In this document: positions 37,389-52,336 of the stretch, piece by piece | How the letters are laid out: each line of letters starts with the position of its first letter | Numbering within the stretch: position 1 is the first letter of the stretch | Assembly: GCF_026571515.1 (NCBI RefSeq) | Contig: NW_026855648.1 | Coordinates: forward strand, 186,001-250,000 | Direction of reading: 5' to 3' | From: Ruditapes philippinarum | Taxonomy: Eukaryota | DNA: 64,000 bases | Translations under genes and position numbers: made by a program | The notes under the pieces: model-generated | Told to the model about the DNA's origin: nothing | The model's input: only the letters and a program-made list of their open reading frames with translations | Databases searched by the model: none

Positions 37389-40300
37389 ATATCTTTTACT
37401 TTTACATTGATATGAAATATTCTGACACAGTTTCTCAATGCGGTAAATATGCGTATCTCAAGACGTAACAATGAAATTCACATTTCTTTGTAATAATGAT
37501 AGTATATAATTGTGGCAAACAAATTTATACAAATGTATATTTTAAAATGTTTCTTGTGTATACCGTCAAATTTCAAAATGAAAATATGAAAAATTGATGT
37601 TAATAAAACTAGATATGTGAAATGATTGTATTTGTGTGTTTTTTTAAATATATAGTGCTTAATATAATTTGTTTAAGAAATTCAGATGTTTTCATAGACA
37701 TTACATTTTCTGTGTTGTTTTCATAAATGAAAATTATGTAACAAGAAAGCTTTATTATACTAGTATACAGATAAAACATTTTCAACATCAATTGTTGTGT
37801 TTACACAAATTTACGCAGGAACAATATGCAAATGAAGAAGAGAAATTTGTCAAATGGAAAATGCCAGCATTCTCAAAATATTTCAATTATTTACAATAAT
37901 AATTTACTGAATTGTATCCAACGTCAAACCCATACGGCATGTCTTTTTTCTCAATTCCTTATAATTTATCTTGTCCCCGAAGGAACAGTCACGCTAAATG
38001 TCAAAGCTGAAATCATTTATTTATAACAATAAAGTTCTCAGGTTTGTTAATTAACATTATTGTGTGATTTAGAGCTCTCTGCAAAAAGAAAATTGTAAAT
38101 AATTTCAAAAGTGCCTACATACGTACATATGGAGGAAAAAAACATTAATTTTTGTTAGGTTTTTAATGTTCCTTTTATGCAAAAGTTAAAATAAGGTTAT
38201 AATTTCTTCATCAGGAAAACTTGCGCATTTAGAAAGATGTATTTCCTTTTGAGCGGTTAACTGCATGTTTTGATTTACCTGTCCTGCTAAATTAACACTT
38301 GTCGTTATGAACTGAAATTACATTCCTTTGGTCAGCGGTCAAACTTCTTGCAATATTTCAGGGAATTATTGATATTTATGAATCACATTTTCTTTATCAT
38401 TATTATTTATTATCATTTTATGGCGTGCTTACATAAATTTCACATACATACATTCATTTCGCATCAATACGTAAACATATTAATATAATCATTAAAATAT
38501 ATTATACTTTGCGTATAATGAATATTTACATGTGATGTTTTATCTAAGTTTTTAAATTTAGCTTAATATGTCATTTTTTGGAATCTTCCATGCATCAATG
38601 AATCACTTCAATGTATCATATTTATAACTCTTGAAACATTTGATTTGAAATACATTATAACAGATATTTCTATTACATTACATTGAATGGTTATTATTAA
38701 AATGTCAAGCAATTAAATTGCTAGAGCTATGGGTGAATTGATTCTACAAGAGGATAATAGTTATCATTTACAACATTTTGTACCATAAAAACTCGTTAAT
38801 GTTCTAAGCGCTGTAATAAAGTGAATATCATTAGGGAATATGATATTGATTACATATTTATTTTCTTTTTCAAAACAATACTTTAGACTATTTAAATTAT
38901 CATAAAGCTAAAACTTAATCTCCTCTGGTAGAATCAGGCTTTCATATTGGGACAATGTATAGACGTCATTCCCTATTGATTAAACGTAAACAGAATTTTA
39001 AATGAACATTATTAACATTATGACATTCAGTTAAATTACAGTTACTGGTTAAATAATATTTTTTGGAATCTAAAATTTACAAATTATTGATGATGCAGAT
39101 CTGAGAACACTAAAACAATAAAAACGTTATGATGACATTATAAAAGGATTTTGCAATAAATTACATCAACCATAGGATCAAGAATAATGGCTTGCATGAA
39201 TGGCGTTACAACAAATATCACAATGTCATTGTTATCCCAAAAGAATTATAACATTAATGAAAGTTCTTTGAAAAAAAATGTATTGAATAATACTGACGTG
39301 CACATGGTCTGTTAATGACAATAAAAATATTCAATAAGTCATTTAAAATGACTTTTCGGATGTTCGATTCTTTCAAACATAGAGACTTGTCATACGAGCT
39401 TCTCAAAATTTATATATTATAATAAAGTATCAAAAGGCTTAAAAATAATATAAGACTCTAAAGAGCACCCAAGTACGCAACCCCGTCACATCCTCCAAAA
39501 AAATGAAATAAAAAAAAATAAAAGAAAAATTAAAAAGAAAAATAATTAAACAGGGACTATTTCCACAAAAACACATGCAAAAGCTACAAATACGCCTACT
39601 GAAATGTGGCACATTAATACTGTCACATACAACAAGACGATATGGCTAACAAAACAGACCAAAGTCACAGGGATATAATTCAATTCAGTACTTTTGTTCA
39701 TTTAATATTTTTATTTCCATTGCTGGCACAACTTCTATATACATTTATGTGTATTGTATTTTTATACAGAAATCGTATATTTGTAAGTTGATAGTTATTT
39801 CAGATGAATTATGGCAAAATGATGATGGAAAATCGAATTTTTTATACATGTATGCATTTTCTGTTAATATGTTGCGTATTTGTAAATATGTTGTTTGGAA
39901 TTTACTTGAATAAAATCGATATTCAATTAGCCTTATACATATTCAATCAATATTACCAAAAACCAATGCAAGTGACACACTTAATTAAAAAGAGAGCCCA
40001 AATCGATTCAAACTACTGATTTATTAGAATACAATATTGCAAATCATTATATTTTAGCGTGTCTGATATATCTCGTTTTAACTTAAATATGAAAAGAAAG
40101 ACCAACAAGGGAGAGAAACTAAGAACGGACATTAAACTCATTCAACAATCATAATTTAAATATTATATTAAAAATGTAAAAAAAAAGATTCTAAACAACA
40201 ACAACAACAACAAAACTTCTCTGATAGCTTTATTGCAATCACAAATAAAATGATGATATTGTGTTACCAAATTAAAAGTAACACCTTGCAAAATACTTAT

Positions 40301-41411
40301 GAATCTCAGATTTTGAGACTAATACTCATTTTATTCAGAAATCATGTGGGATTAGTAGTCAGGAACTTGCGAAAATATTGGTATTTGCTGGTAAGTTATC
40401 CGGGAAAACGGTAAGGTAGATTGACAGCTGAGATATGAGCAAAAGGTGTGTCAACAAAACAAATAAACACTCACATCAACAATTATTGCACTTTTGTTCA
40501 AAATGTTGTACATCATGCTTTTTAAAAAGATTTTATGTATAAGCAATTAACACTTTACTAAAATATAAAATGGAGACCAAACAACCTAGCTACAACACGA
40601 ATTCTTAGTTAAAATGTCACTAACAAATGCTAACTATTTGGTTTCAAAAGTCTTGTCGCTATATTTTATTGTTATAGGAGGTGTTACAGAGCATGAAGCG
40701 GCCATTACATATTTACTAAATGATGATCTTATATATTGTGAGGGTTACAAACATAAAAACAAACATTGTTTTATTAAAAACATGGATGTGAATGAGATTC
40801 AAATGTTGTGATTATCATAGGTAGTATCAACATGTTAATTGAATATACGATTTATCAATATCATACTAATTAACTGTACATAATACAACAGATTTATACA
40901 ATTAATTAACGTTTTGTTAATTTATATAGTAAGCTTTATTGTGTTTGGAATTGTGTTGTGATTACAGTTGCAAGAAATGATGTATCAGCAGAAGCAAACA
41001 TTTCGTTTATACATTGCTTAAGCAACATTTTCATATAAAACGTTTAATTGAATATGACGAAATTCGTCTTTCTTTAATTATATATTTATATATAATTGAC
41101 AAATTTATTGTTTAAAAGATTTAATGGCATAATCATAAAATATTTCAATTTACAGAAACCAAATAATTTACATGGGATGAATTAATTGCAAAATGATAAG
41201 TTTTATTATTGTATTTTCCATCGAACAAATAATGTTTTTGATGACTATGATATTAGCCTTTTTGATATTTGCAAAATTAATACTTTTTTCGATTAGTCTA
41301 ATTATATTATTGTTTTTCTCTAATAATTTATTAAATTTTCTATTAAACTGCTATACATCAATTGGTCGTTAAACATGCGGTTAAACCAAACTTTTATTGT
41401 TTTATATGGTA

Positions 41412-42749
41412 TTATCGAAACGATTTCAAAATTTCTGCATTTGAATACAGACATATTATTGTAAAACCTGTAATTGTCCAATACACCGAAAAATTAAACC
41501 ATGTACAGTAAGTATCAAATGTTTCTCCGACATTTGTCCAAGTTAGATCATCATCTACTTTGGAGTCTTCCTTTGACTGATCTTTATCAGATTCAACTCG
41601 GCCACAATCAACATTAGTGATTTGACCATTGCTTAAATCTGTTTCTATTTCATTGAACACTCTTGTGGGCGTTTTGTCGTTACCAATATATATTTTTCCA
41701 ATTTTGCACATCCTTTTAAAACACATACATTTTAAACAATATACAAGATATCTAGTAACGACCGGTATTTTCCCTTTCCTGTCATATATTCGCATAGACA
41801 CTATGCACATAAACATTATATATGAACTATACAATAAAAGAAACATTAAATAGTAATAAATATATGCAATAGGAGATGAACTTTGTGGAACATTGTTGTT
41901 TACTATCTGCATGTAAACTGCAAATGACAAGAACGCTGTGATAGCCACCGATGTCCTCTCTCCAGACGAGGCTGGCATAGAAAACACAAGATTATTCATC
42001 CCTCCAAGAAACACTAATGGTGCTACTATATAAATTGTATAAAATTCACTTCGCCGCTTTAATGTGAAGTTAATTTTAATTCCAGATGGGCCATCAGGAA
42101 TAGTAAAGTTGTAAACAGTGCTATTTCCGTATAACCACTGACTGTTTTCAGTCCAATAGGTTGTGATTAGAGATGGCTTTAACGAAAGAAACATTACATC
42201 TTCACTCCTGACTGTAAAGGAAGTCAAAGTTATAGAACAATATTGGCTATCAAACGGGAAAAATGTCACATCAACTGGACAAGTGATTTTTGTAACAGAA
42301 CCCATTGTCCACACAACTATTCCTTCATAGTTGATCCTTAACATTTCAGATCCTTGGCCAATTTCTTGTATATTATCAAACGATTCACGTACAAAAGTTT
42401 TTGGTCGCCATATGTCTTCCGGTGCTATAAGAAGAGATGTTTTCCCGTCATAATCTTCAGGAGACCATGACATACGTTGTTCCGTCCATGTGAAGTTGAA
42501 TATTAATGTTAACGCTAATTCACCGGACAGTTCATCAAAAGTGTTGATACTACGTAGATAAACAAAAACACCAACTTCCGCCGCTTCACTTTGATTTGTG
42601 AGGGGCAATAGTTTGCTGTTGTAATCATTAAGGAGGCTTGAATAGAGATTATTTGCCTCTGTTGTGTTAACGCATGAAGCTATTATGTCAGATTTTATAA
42701 CAAATGCTAATAAAACGTGTAAATATCGTTGCATTTTCGATGTATTCAT
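41412..42749 (-). CDS. Cys-loop LGIC subunit, subfamily B; intronless CDS (gene 6)
   Basis: 445 aa, close paralog of gene 4. Predicted 5' UTR intron 42758-43309. Confidence 0.95.
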   Translation of the reverse strand: MNTSKMQRYLHVLLAFVIKSDIIASCVNTTEANNLYSSLLNDYNSKLLPLTNQSEAAEVGVFVYLRSINTFDELSGELALTLIFNFTWTEQRMSWSPEDYDGKTSLLIAPEDIWRPKTFVRESFDNIQEIGQGSEMLRINYEGIVVWTMGSVTKITCPVDVTFFPFDSQYCSITLTSFTVRSEDVMFLSLKPSLITTYWTENSQWLYGNSTVYNFTIPDGPSGIKINFTLKRRSEFYTIYIVAPLVFLGGMNNLVFSMPASSGERTSVAITAFLSFAVYMQIVNNNVPQSSSPIAYIYYYLMFLLLYSSYIMFMCIVSMRIYDRKGKIPVVTRYLVYCLKCMCFKRMCKIGKIYIGNDKTPTRVFNEIETDLSNGQITNVDCGRVESDKDQSKEDSKVDDDLTWTNVGETFDTYCTWFNFSVYWTITGFTIICLYSNAEILKSFR

Positions 42750-44254
42750 TTAAAAACCTGAAATAAAAAAGCATATACTGTCGTTTAAGACTAAAATTAT
42801 CTAACATACATCTTTGAAGGTAAAACTTATGCTATATAGCATAGACCCCTTAATTATCATAATATATTCCGCCCGCATTGCTTTTCAACTATAAATTGAA
42901 TTTTATTTTTTTGCGTAAAGCAGACTGAATTAACATTAGTATTGCAGTTTTGTTAAACTGGGTCAAATGTGTTCAAGTTCAAGGTATGCATTAATAACAG
43001 AAATACTTCAATAAAAAAGAATTCAAGCATACCTTCCAAACGAAAGTTTAATTATAAAGGAAATTAACAAATGAATTTAAATAGTAAAAATTTATACTTA
43101 AAGAAAATACAAAATAAAAAATCACATCTATATCGTTTTCAATCAAATCTGCTAAGACTAAAGCATGATTTAGTAGCATGAGTAACAAACCTCAATGAAC
43201 GCCGCATTTCCTTGTTGATTTTGTTTATAATATTTCATACACTTTAATCTTTAAGATATAACTACATTAAATACAACCAAAACTATTAAATAAAAAATCA
43301 TATACTCACTTCTCCGGCATCTGTATTGCTAATAAAGTGTTCTCACGGAGATATACCATATTCTATTGATATTTTCCAATATTACCGGTATTTTATTTCT
43401 ACGGAACCTTTAACTAAATATTGTTTTTCCGTTGTGTTTTGTTCAAACGCACGGTATTTTAGAAATGATTTCAATTATAAATTATCACGGACTAAACGAA
43501 AACTCCTAGTCGGTATGATTAATTGATGCATGTTTTCTGAAATAGATGTTCTAAGTTATACATCATTAGCGTGAGCGTTCTTCCAGACAGTAATTTAAAT
43601 GAGCTGAACGACATACATCAGCTATCATAACAAAACGACAAAATGACTTTAATTGCCTTGAATAAATACACAAAATACGTGAACTATCCAAGTTACTTAA
43701 TTTCTTAAATTTATAGCTTTAACTTATGAGGAACGATGATCAAGAATTTTACGAGAAAATATGATTCCGTGACAAGACAAGAGTTTCTGTGCCCGTGTGG
43801 TCATTGACTTCAAGCCACACCTACCTCTCCACTGTGGGTTTGAATCCCTCTGTACAGGCGTTTGATTGTTAAATGGCTCTAAAAGACAGTAATTTTAAAA
43901 TACCGACATTCACAAAAATAGTAAGAGTTAACGGTCCTAAAGCCTGAAATAGAATATTATTTGATTCCCCTCCTGCCAACAATTTACAAAATCAATGAAT
44001 CTCCTAAAGAAGTTTAATTTCTTACAACGACAAAAATATTCGTACAAATAAAAAACAAAAACAAAAAACAAACAAACAAAAATCAGTTTACTAAACATGA
44101 AAGTTGAGGGTAATTATATATATTTTGTATAAAAAGTTACAAGTATTTTATCTAAATGTATGCACAAAATTGATGTATCAGAATATACAATTGCATTTGG
44201 TCGATACTTTATGCGACATTAACATTTCGAAGTATAGATCTTTTCAGTCTATTA

Positions 44255-46595
44255 CAATTCTTTCCATATGATGACTTATTTCTAATGATGGATAAACCAC
44301 ATTTAAATAATATATGCATGTATATAGCCTATGTCATATTTAATTTAATCATAGATAGAACACAAGAAAAGCATTGATGCAAAGCATCAAAGGGCGTCCA
44401 AGCAAAAAATGCAGCAGGTGAAGATGATCTAGTAGATATATGATGACAAGATATTCTTATAAACTTTTCAATGGTTAATTGGTTTTTACCAGAATTGTAT
44501 ATCACTTATGAATGAACGGATGAAAGACATTTTTCATTATTAACTATGCTAGAGATTAGAATATTACTTGTAATTTCTTTATGATCGTAATTATTAATAG
44601 CAACGGATATACATGATTGTATACAATCATTTATAATCCATATGTGTTATGCATGATCAATATCACACTTGTGTAATTGTCCCTTATTATGTTATTGCTT
44701 TTAGCGAAGACACCCTCTTAAGGTATCTGTTCACACTTAGTAACAAATATGACACTGGTTAAATTACCATGTTGATCATGTTGAGCATAATTGTTTATTA
44801 TACAACAATTATTATATCTATTTTAATAAAAAAATACAGATTTTATGAATATTGCTTTCTTTTCTTTTTTATGTTTTATGTGCTATTTTAATACTGAGTT
44901 TTTACGTTTACTACTATTTTAAGAATTCAATTGTCATATTGACCGACGATTATGAGTCAAAACTTAACTGTAAAAAGTCAGTAAATTATGGTTAATCTTT
45001 CAATATATAATATTGTTTATTCTTAAACCATATACATGTACATTTGTATTTTTCTTTATCATTTTTTAGAATTATTAATCAATTGAATAATTCATAATAT
45101 CTAATTTGTAACTTTGAATAATTCCTCGGCATCTTTACTAAACACGAATAACAAATTAAATAAAATGTTTCAAAGCTGATAGTGTCATATTAATTCCATA
45201 AAATGTACCTTTTTTCTCAACTATTATACATATTTATTGTTTTTATCTCATTTAGATAAAATAAAACACACTATTGTTGTTGTTGGTTTTTTTTGTTCGA
45301 ATTGTATGTTCATGTATAATAACAATAATAATCAATAAATGTGAGAGTTGATCTGTGTTTATTAATTATTGTAACCAAACTAAGTGACAAACATTCATTT
45401 TGGAAAAAAAAAACTTATTTATCTGTAAAATATTTGTTCTGTTCTGTAACGATATCAAATATCTACTTCAAAAACGGGAGAGACCGGACAATAAACGTGT
45501 GGTACTATTCGCCGGTCACTAGTAAATCCCGGTCAAAATAAACCAGGAGAGACCGGGAATTACCGATAGAAGTACATCCCTCAATAAATAGATTTTCGGA
45601 ATATTTAGGTCATCAACTCATCATTCTATTTACAGCTTTCGGATACATGTACATGTACAACAATAACATACCATAATAACCCACTGATAAATAAAAATAC
45701 TCCGAAGAGCGGAAAAGGTTTATTCATTTGAAACTGTTTGCAATGCGAAATACTCCATTTCGCTCGTCATTGTACATTCGCGACATTTCATTTTTAATTA
45801 ATAATCAAGCACCCTCATACCGATCGGAATGATCGGCTTTTAACATGACCGACTAAAAGGCTTGAGAAGATGTTGTCGCCCTTTCACAAAATCTGATTTC
45901 ATTCCATATAGGGCGCCGCGCTTCGGCGCGGACGCCAGTAATTGTTTGTTCGATAAATAGTAACTCACTTAAAGCTCTAATTTTGTTCAATAATTTTGCT
46001 CTTTCGAAATTTCGAAATATTGGAACAAAATATTGTTATTGATTGTGATTCTATACCTGAAATACCCGATATTAACTTATCAATAGTTCATTGTCACTGT
46101 CCATTCCTTTATGTGCGAGTTATACCGCCAATTATTGCTTCAATTTCAACACCATGTGCTGCTGGGATGACGGTATTACTTACATGTAAAGTGATATTTT
46201 CAGGACCTTTTGGTTTGGAGGATGAACATTATTTGGAGAATAAATTTTTCATTTTAAGACATTCTCCCGCTTTTAAAAATTATATTTCAACGGATATATC
46301 TTGATAATTCTACTACAATTTGTCATTGAAAACAATGAATACAGTAGCAATTGGACAGAAACTAAATCGGTTATTTTTTATCTGTTGAAGGGAAATAACA
46401 GAGCAAGTTTGAATATTTAAATGTTAATATTTCGCTGCACTTATGGTTAGATTACGTTTGTGGAGATTAAGACAATTGGGAAGTTTATGGATGTGCACTG
46501 ACAACATTTTGACAGAAATACACAAAATACTTAAATCTTTTATCAATAAAGTAAATTATAAACAGAAAATATACATAAAAGGTGTTTCTTATAGT
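44255..46595. mobile_element. ~2.3-kb insertion(s) in the divergent region between genes 6 and 7, unclassified
   Basis: The flanks ttttcagtctatt and tatatcattttgtttaaacg are nearly adjacent at 33860-33900 but separated here. Contains a GC hairpin at 45916-45931. Confidence 0.6.
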
Positions 46596-46858
46596 ATATC
46601 ATTTTGTTTAAACGATGTGTATGTCAGTTTACCAAACTTAGAGATCAATTCATAGTATCGTTCGTGAATCTGGAACGCATAGATGTATATCTTGTATATC
46701 TTAAACATGGAAGGTGACCAGATATCATAATGCACGAAAGTTGGACAACGGCTGCGAATATTATATTATTCTGTAATCAAGTGATAATTTTGTTTAGTGT
46801 AAAAATAGTTGATATAATTCACACGATGATTAAGTGTCAATTAAAATAGAAGTTGAAC

Positions 46859-48130
46859 ATGACGATGAATATGGAGTGTAAACTTTTGATTGTAAACATT
46901 TTACTCCTTCTGCATGAATACATTCACTGCTCAAATGTAACACAGGTTGAAAGTTTATACACAAACTTGTTCCAGAATTATAACAGGAAACTTTTTCCAT
47001 TGATAAATCACAACAACTCAGTGGAAATAAATGTCACGATTGGAATCATAAGTATAAATAATTTTGATGAAATGTCTGGAAAAATAGAACTTACAATGCA
47101 TTTCAATTTTCAATGGATTGACGAAAACTTGATATGGACACCTTCTCAATATGGTGGCAAATCGGTGTTGTTAGTAGATTCAGAAGACATTTGGCGACCA
47201 CAACTTTATCTTCTACAATCATATAACACACTCCAGGAGATAACTAATGTATCGTTGATGGCACGGTTATTCTCGAATGGCCTCGTCATGTGGAATATTG
47301 GAAGTGTTTTGAAAATTATTTGTTCTGTTGACGTGACGTACTTTCCTTTCGATACCCAAACATGCTTATTAACGGTTTCAGGTCGGTCTTACACAAACGA
47401 CGAAGTGTTACTTATGGTTAATGATGCAAAAGTAAGCGAAGATTATTTTTCCGACAATAGCCAATGGATACTTCAGTCGGCAACGTCACAGAACAATTAT
47501 GATATAATATCATCATTTCCCCCGACGATTTTTGTGATGCTAAAACTACAAAGGCGAAGTGATTTCTTTGTAGTCTATATAATATTTCCAATGGTGTTCC
47601 TTGGCCTTATAAATGATCTTGTGTTTGTTATGCCTGCAAATTCTGGAGAGAGGACATCAGTTGCTATAACAACATTTTTGTCATTTATTGTTTTTATGCA
47701 AATGATAAATTCGACTGTTCCGGAGAGTTCAGAACCTATGGCTTATTTATATTATTATATTCTTTTTCTGTTGGTTTACAGCTCACTCATTTTATTTCTG
47801 TGTATATTCTCGTTGCGTATTTATGACAAGGACACACCAGTTCCTCCAGCCGTAGAAAAGATGATTTATTACTTTCGATGTTGGTATTTCAAGAGAAAGA
47901 AAGCTACTGTAGCACCCGAGCGGAAAGCTTCCATTTTGTCTGAGCAAGTTGACGTAATAAACACTAACGAAAAGTTATTTATACAAAATGATGTTGATGC
48001 CACTCCTTTAGTGACTTGGAAATTAATTGGAAAGACATTTGACATCTACTGTTATGTTTTACTTTTGTTAATATATTTTGCAGTGACTATTCATACATTG
48101 GTGAAGTTGTATTTTAACATTAGTTTCTGA
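46859..48130 (+). CDS. Cys-loop LGIC subunit, subfamily A; intronless (gene 7)
   Basis: First ATG is 46859 (the track start 46853 is TTG). Intact ORF. Loop B is SGRSY instead of SGWAY. Confidence 0.93.
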   Translation: MTMNMECKLLIVNILLLLHEYIHCSNVTQVESLYTNLFQNYNRKLFPLINHNNSVEINVTIGIISINNFDEMSGKIELTMHFNFQWIDENLIWTPSQYGGKSVLLVDSEDIWRPQLYLLQSYNTLQEITNVSLMARLFSNGLVMWNIGSVLKIICSVDVTYFPFDTQTCLLTVSGRSYTNDEVLLMVNDAKVSEDYFSDNSQWILQSATSQNNYDIISSFPPTIFVMLKLQRRSDFFVVYIIFPMVFLGLINDLVFVMPANSGERTSVAITTFLSFIVFMQMINSTVPESSEPMAYLYYYILFLLVYSSLILFLCIFSLRIYDKDTPVPPAVEKMIYYFRCWYFKRKKATVAPERKASILSEQVDVINTNEKLFIQNDVDATPLVTWKLIGKTFDIYCYVLLLLIYFAVTIHTLVKLYFNISF

Positions 48131-51100
48131 AAACATTTATATGCATTGATATGAAATGTTTTGACAAAGTTTCTCGCTCCGATATTTTCTCTATTTTTTA
48201 AAAATCATATTGTTTGATATTACAAAAATACATACATTTTATATTTTCTTTTTATAATAGTTTATACGGCAAATATATTTATATATCATTTCAAAATGTG
48301 TCTTGTGTATACTCTCAAATGGTGTAAAATGTAAATACCGATGTAAATAGAACCAAATAGCATGTTTGTATTTTTGCTTTTATTCTTCAAATACATATTG
48401 TTTTCTTCCCAGAAACATTTCAGTGTAAGAAGTTAAACTGCTTCATAATCATTACAATTTCTAAGCTTCCTTCATACAATGGCGATTATTTCTAACGGCA
48501 GGGAAACATTTCAAAAAGTATACTTGGGTTTTACCTAAAGTTGAAATGGAGAAAAGAACATATCAACATAGGCCGGGGAGTGACATCCACCAAACACATC
48601 CATCGACAATACTCCGCTACACAAGGCTATCTGTATCCAGCCAGCAGGACAACAAATAAAACAGGAGAGGGTGACAATAAGATTAGTAAAGTCAGGAAAA
48701 ATGTAATGAGAATATGAAAAACCTAAAGGCTGCAATTGATATACCAAAATAGATGATATTGAATTACAGGGACAAGGGTGTATGAGTAGTGTATTAGGAG
48801 TTGATGGGGGCTAATGTTGAAAATTGGGAAGAGAGGGAAATACTTTCGGCGGCAAATTATAACTATGAAGTTAACAAGAACATAGGTGTACAGCCATGGA
48901 ACGGTAAGTAAGACAACCACAACTGGGCTGTTTAAACTTGTCAAAGGTCCATAAAACTACATTCTTAGGCTGGAAGGCAACACAACAAGAAAATCACCAA
49001 CACGGGCCCGACCAATCAATGCAGAAAACGAAAACTAAACTATTCTGTCACAATTGGTTTAAGAACTGCCCCTCATAGAGTGTCCCTCTTGGCCCATCAG
49101 ATGTAATTAAAGCGCAGTATTCAACTGTAAAAGGGTTAAATACTTACTATACAGTATGTTTCAATATATTTGGGTCATAATTTATTTTCATGAAATGTTT
49201 GGTAGTTTTAGTAAAAAGCAACGGGAAAATGTCAAGGACCCAAACTCTTACGTATTTTATATTGTTCTCGTTGATTAAGAGTAAAATGAAATCTGGCATA
49301 ATCTAGTAATAATTATTCGGTGTGATTGACAAATAAAGTAAGCTAAAAATCTGTTATCATATTTCATTTCACATGCGTGATAATTGTTATTTTAAGTGTA
49401 AGGGGAATAAACTAGAGCGATATCATTGATTTGTTTTGAAGAGGAAACATTCGTTATTGTGTTATTGTTTATCACTATCAAAGTTTGCTAGTGTTCTCCG
49501 CTCTATAATCAAATGTATAGATCATTTGGGAATATATATCTGATCACAAATTAATTTTCTCTTTCAAAACAATATTTCACATTATTGATCAAAGCATTTC
49601 AGTCAAACTTCATTTCTCCTAGTAGAATCATCAATTCACACGGTGACAATATAAACGAAGCTGTTCATATTGTAACAATGTAAACTGATGGAACGTAAAC
49701 AAATATAAGATCTCAGGAGATTATGTTTAACTCATTAAAATAAGGAATGGCGGTAAAATAATCTATTTAGGAATCCATAATAACAAATCATTGATCAGCA
49801 TTGTCAATTTCTGGTCCTACAATAATTATAAAGTTTAAATAACAATGGAAGTAATTATATTGACATTCGAATGAAAAATAATGATATTGAAAATGAATTA
49901 ATTTTACAACTTATCTATCAAAGTGATCGGATTATTATTGTAATCTCATTGATACTGTATTGAATTTAATTGACATGCGTATGGTCTGGCTATGGCATAA
50001 ACAATATTCACACTTATCCATACATTTAAAAAATCTTTTTGGAAATCGGATACTTTCCAACTAAGAATGATTTTGATTGAGCCTCTTCATAGACGGAAGT
50101 GGGTAAGTGCAAGCTACCGTCCACGCCCCCCCCTAGCACCGGTTTAAGAAGTTTACAATGATATAAGTATTATACAGTCATAATCTTTGGATGCACATGA
50201 CAATCGTCTTTTGGTTCACTTGATATCAGCGTTCATTCTACGTAAAGTCCATCAAATGTGTTACTTACTAAATGAAAAATGCAGACACCGTTTGATTGAG
50301 TCTATTCACGCTGGATGATGGAAATGTGATCTAACTAACTGATGAAAAAGTTTTCTAATGTAGTTCTTAAACAAGCCGTCGTATAAATTTACAACTTGTG
50401 TTGAACTTGAGCAGTGTGTGAAGTCGGGGCGTACAATAATAATTCTTACAAAAATGAGTTTGGTATTTATCATTGTTATTTGAAGTATACTCGTTTCAAT
50501 TTTTTATTTCTGAAAAGCAGGCAAGAAAATTTATTATTTAAGTACATGTATAATTACAATAATTTTTATTTTATGTTTTTATTTTTACTTTCTACCATTT
50601 TGAAGATAGAAATCATAGATAACATTAAAAACATTTTTTTCATTTCAAGATTCTTAATAGGAGCATCGTATTTAAATAAAAGGAACAACCGTAGTGGAAC
50701 TTATGTATTTTATTTATCATTATTCAATTTGTTATATATTATAAATGTAAATATATAAAGATATTTTACGTCGAAAAATATATATATTATTCTAGTAAAA
50801 TGTTTATGATGCAATTGACGGTATTTTACCTGTACGAGCTTTAAACACATCATAACCATCTAAATCGTTCTGTAATTAATAAATATATTTTAATTAAAAT
50901 GCCAATTATTGAACCGCTTGGGAATTCCCAATAAATCAAAGCTAAATATCTAGTAGGAATAACAGAATATCTTGTTCTACGCTATAGAAGACAGTATAAG
51001 AATAAACTTATCCGTAGCAATAGCAGCTAACATATGATATCCGAGATATAAATTGTTAATTGGTCTAGGCCTTATAGAAATATAATGACCTAACTGGAAA

Positions 51101-52336
51101 CTTAAATGACGCTTTCATTATATTAACAATGTCGTAAGCTCAGTTTGATTGAGCCTGTTTATGGCGTATATAAGTTAGATTTCGGAACTAGTTATTGTAT
51201 CGTACAAATAACTGTGTTGCAGATTATTTACGATAAAACTAAAAAATGAAACAATGTTTGCTCAAACATGTGCTTGCATTATTGTTATACTCAGCTTAAA
51301 GATAAATATGTTCTATGAAACTGAATATCCATTCACATTCAGTTCCAGAAGACACTTGGTGATCCCGTATCCGACCACTAAATAACTGCCAAAATAATGA
51401 TGCTCTAAATTACTATAAAAACATGTTACTTCTTTAGTTTTGGGGTTAATGTATAAAACACACACTCTATTGCTCGAATATATCTGTTTTAGCAATATTT
51501 CATTTATGAAATTTAGAGTTAGTAATCTCTTTTACTATAAAAACTGTAACGAACGTCTTTTTCTAAATTCTATTTGTTTCTAAATTCAAATTTCACAATT
51601 TTCGTGTTTTAAATGTTTAATTCTGCTTAAGCCGGTGCTAGGGGGTATGGACGGTCGCTTGTACTTTCAAGTACCGCCCATGAACAGACTCGCTCAAACC
51701 GAGCCTGTAACATTTTCAAATTATGTCATTTTGTGTGTTTACGTTTTTATTCTATCTGATTTGGATTATGACAGGGCGCCAAAAAGGAATGCATGTAGTC
51801 ATAAGTGGCTGAAGTAACTAAGAAAAATGCCTGGTAATATTGATAAAAATGTCGTTCGTAGTAATGGTTTAAAAAGTGTGACACATCGGTCGAAGGCAAT
51901 TTAATGGCTTTATGTTTGTTTTATTCAAGTATAATAACAGTTTTGTTAACAGTCAATATTCTAACAGATAGTTATAATGAATGGCTTTTAATCACGCATC
52001 ATCAATAACAATCCTTTATGAGACCAAACTCAAATAACGTGCTCTTAAGTAAATATTTTTAAAAAGGTAAAGAGGAAAGGATTTTATAAACGATAAAAAT
52101 GTAGTTTGAAAATGTAATTGCACGTGGCTTGATTAAGTAGGTATTTAAGACAATCAATAAATAAATGCCAATCATTATTTGTTTCTTCGTCATTAAATTA
52201 TAAAAAAATACAAATATACCTAGACTTATTAAAACAAACGTGTGAAGTAAAGTTTTAAATTTAAACAACTATGACCAAATGTTTAAGTTATTTCCACTTT
52301 TATCTGAAGCTCCCTTTTACACTCGTATGAAATAAA

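Noticed and set aside
48430-48960. GC-richer segment as a coding exon
   Set aside because: No recognisable motif or convincing splice frame. Probably a retroelement scrap
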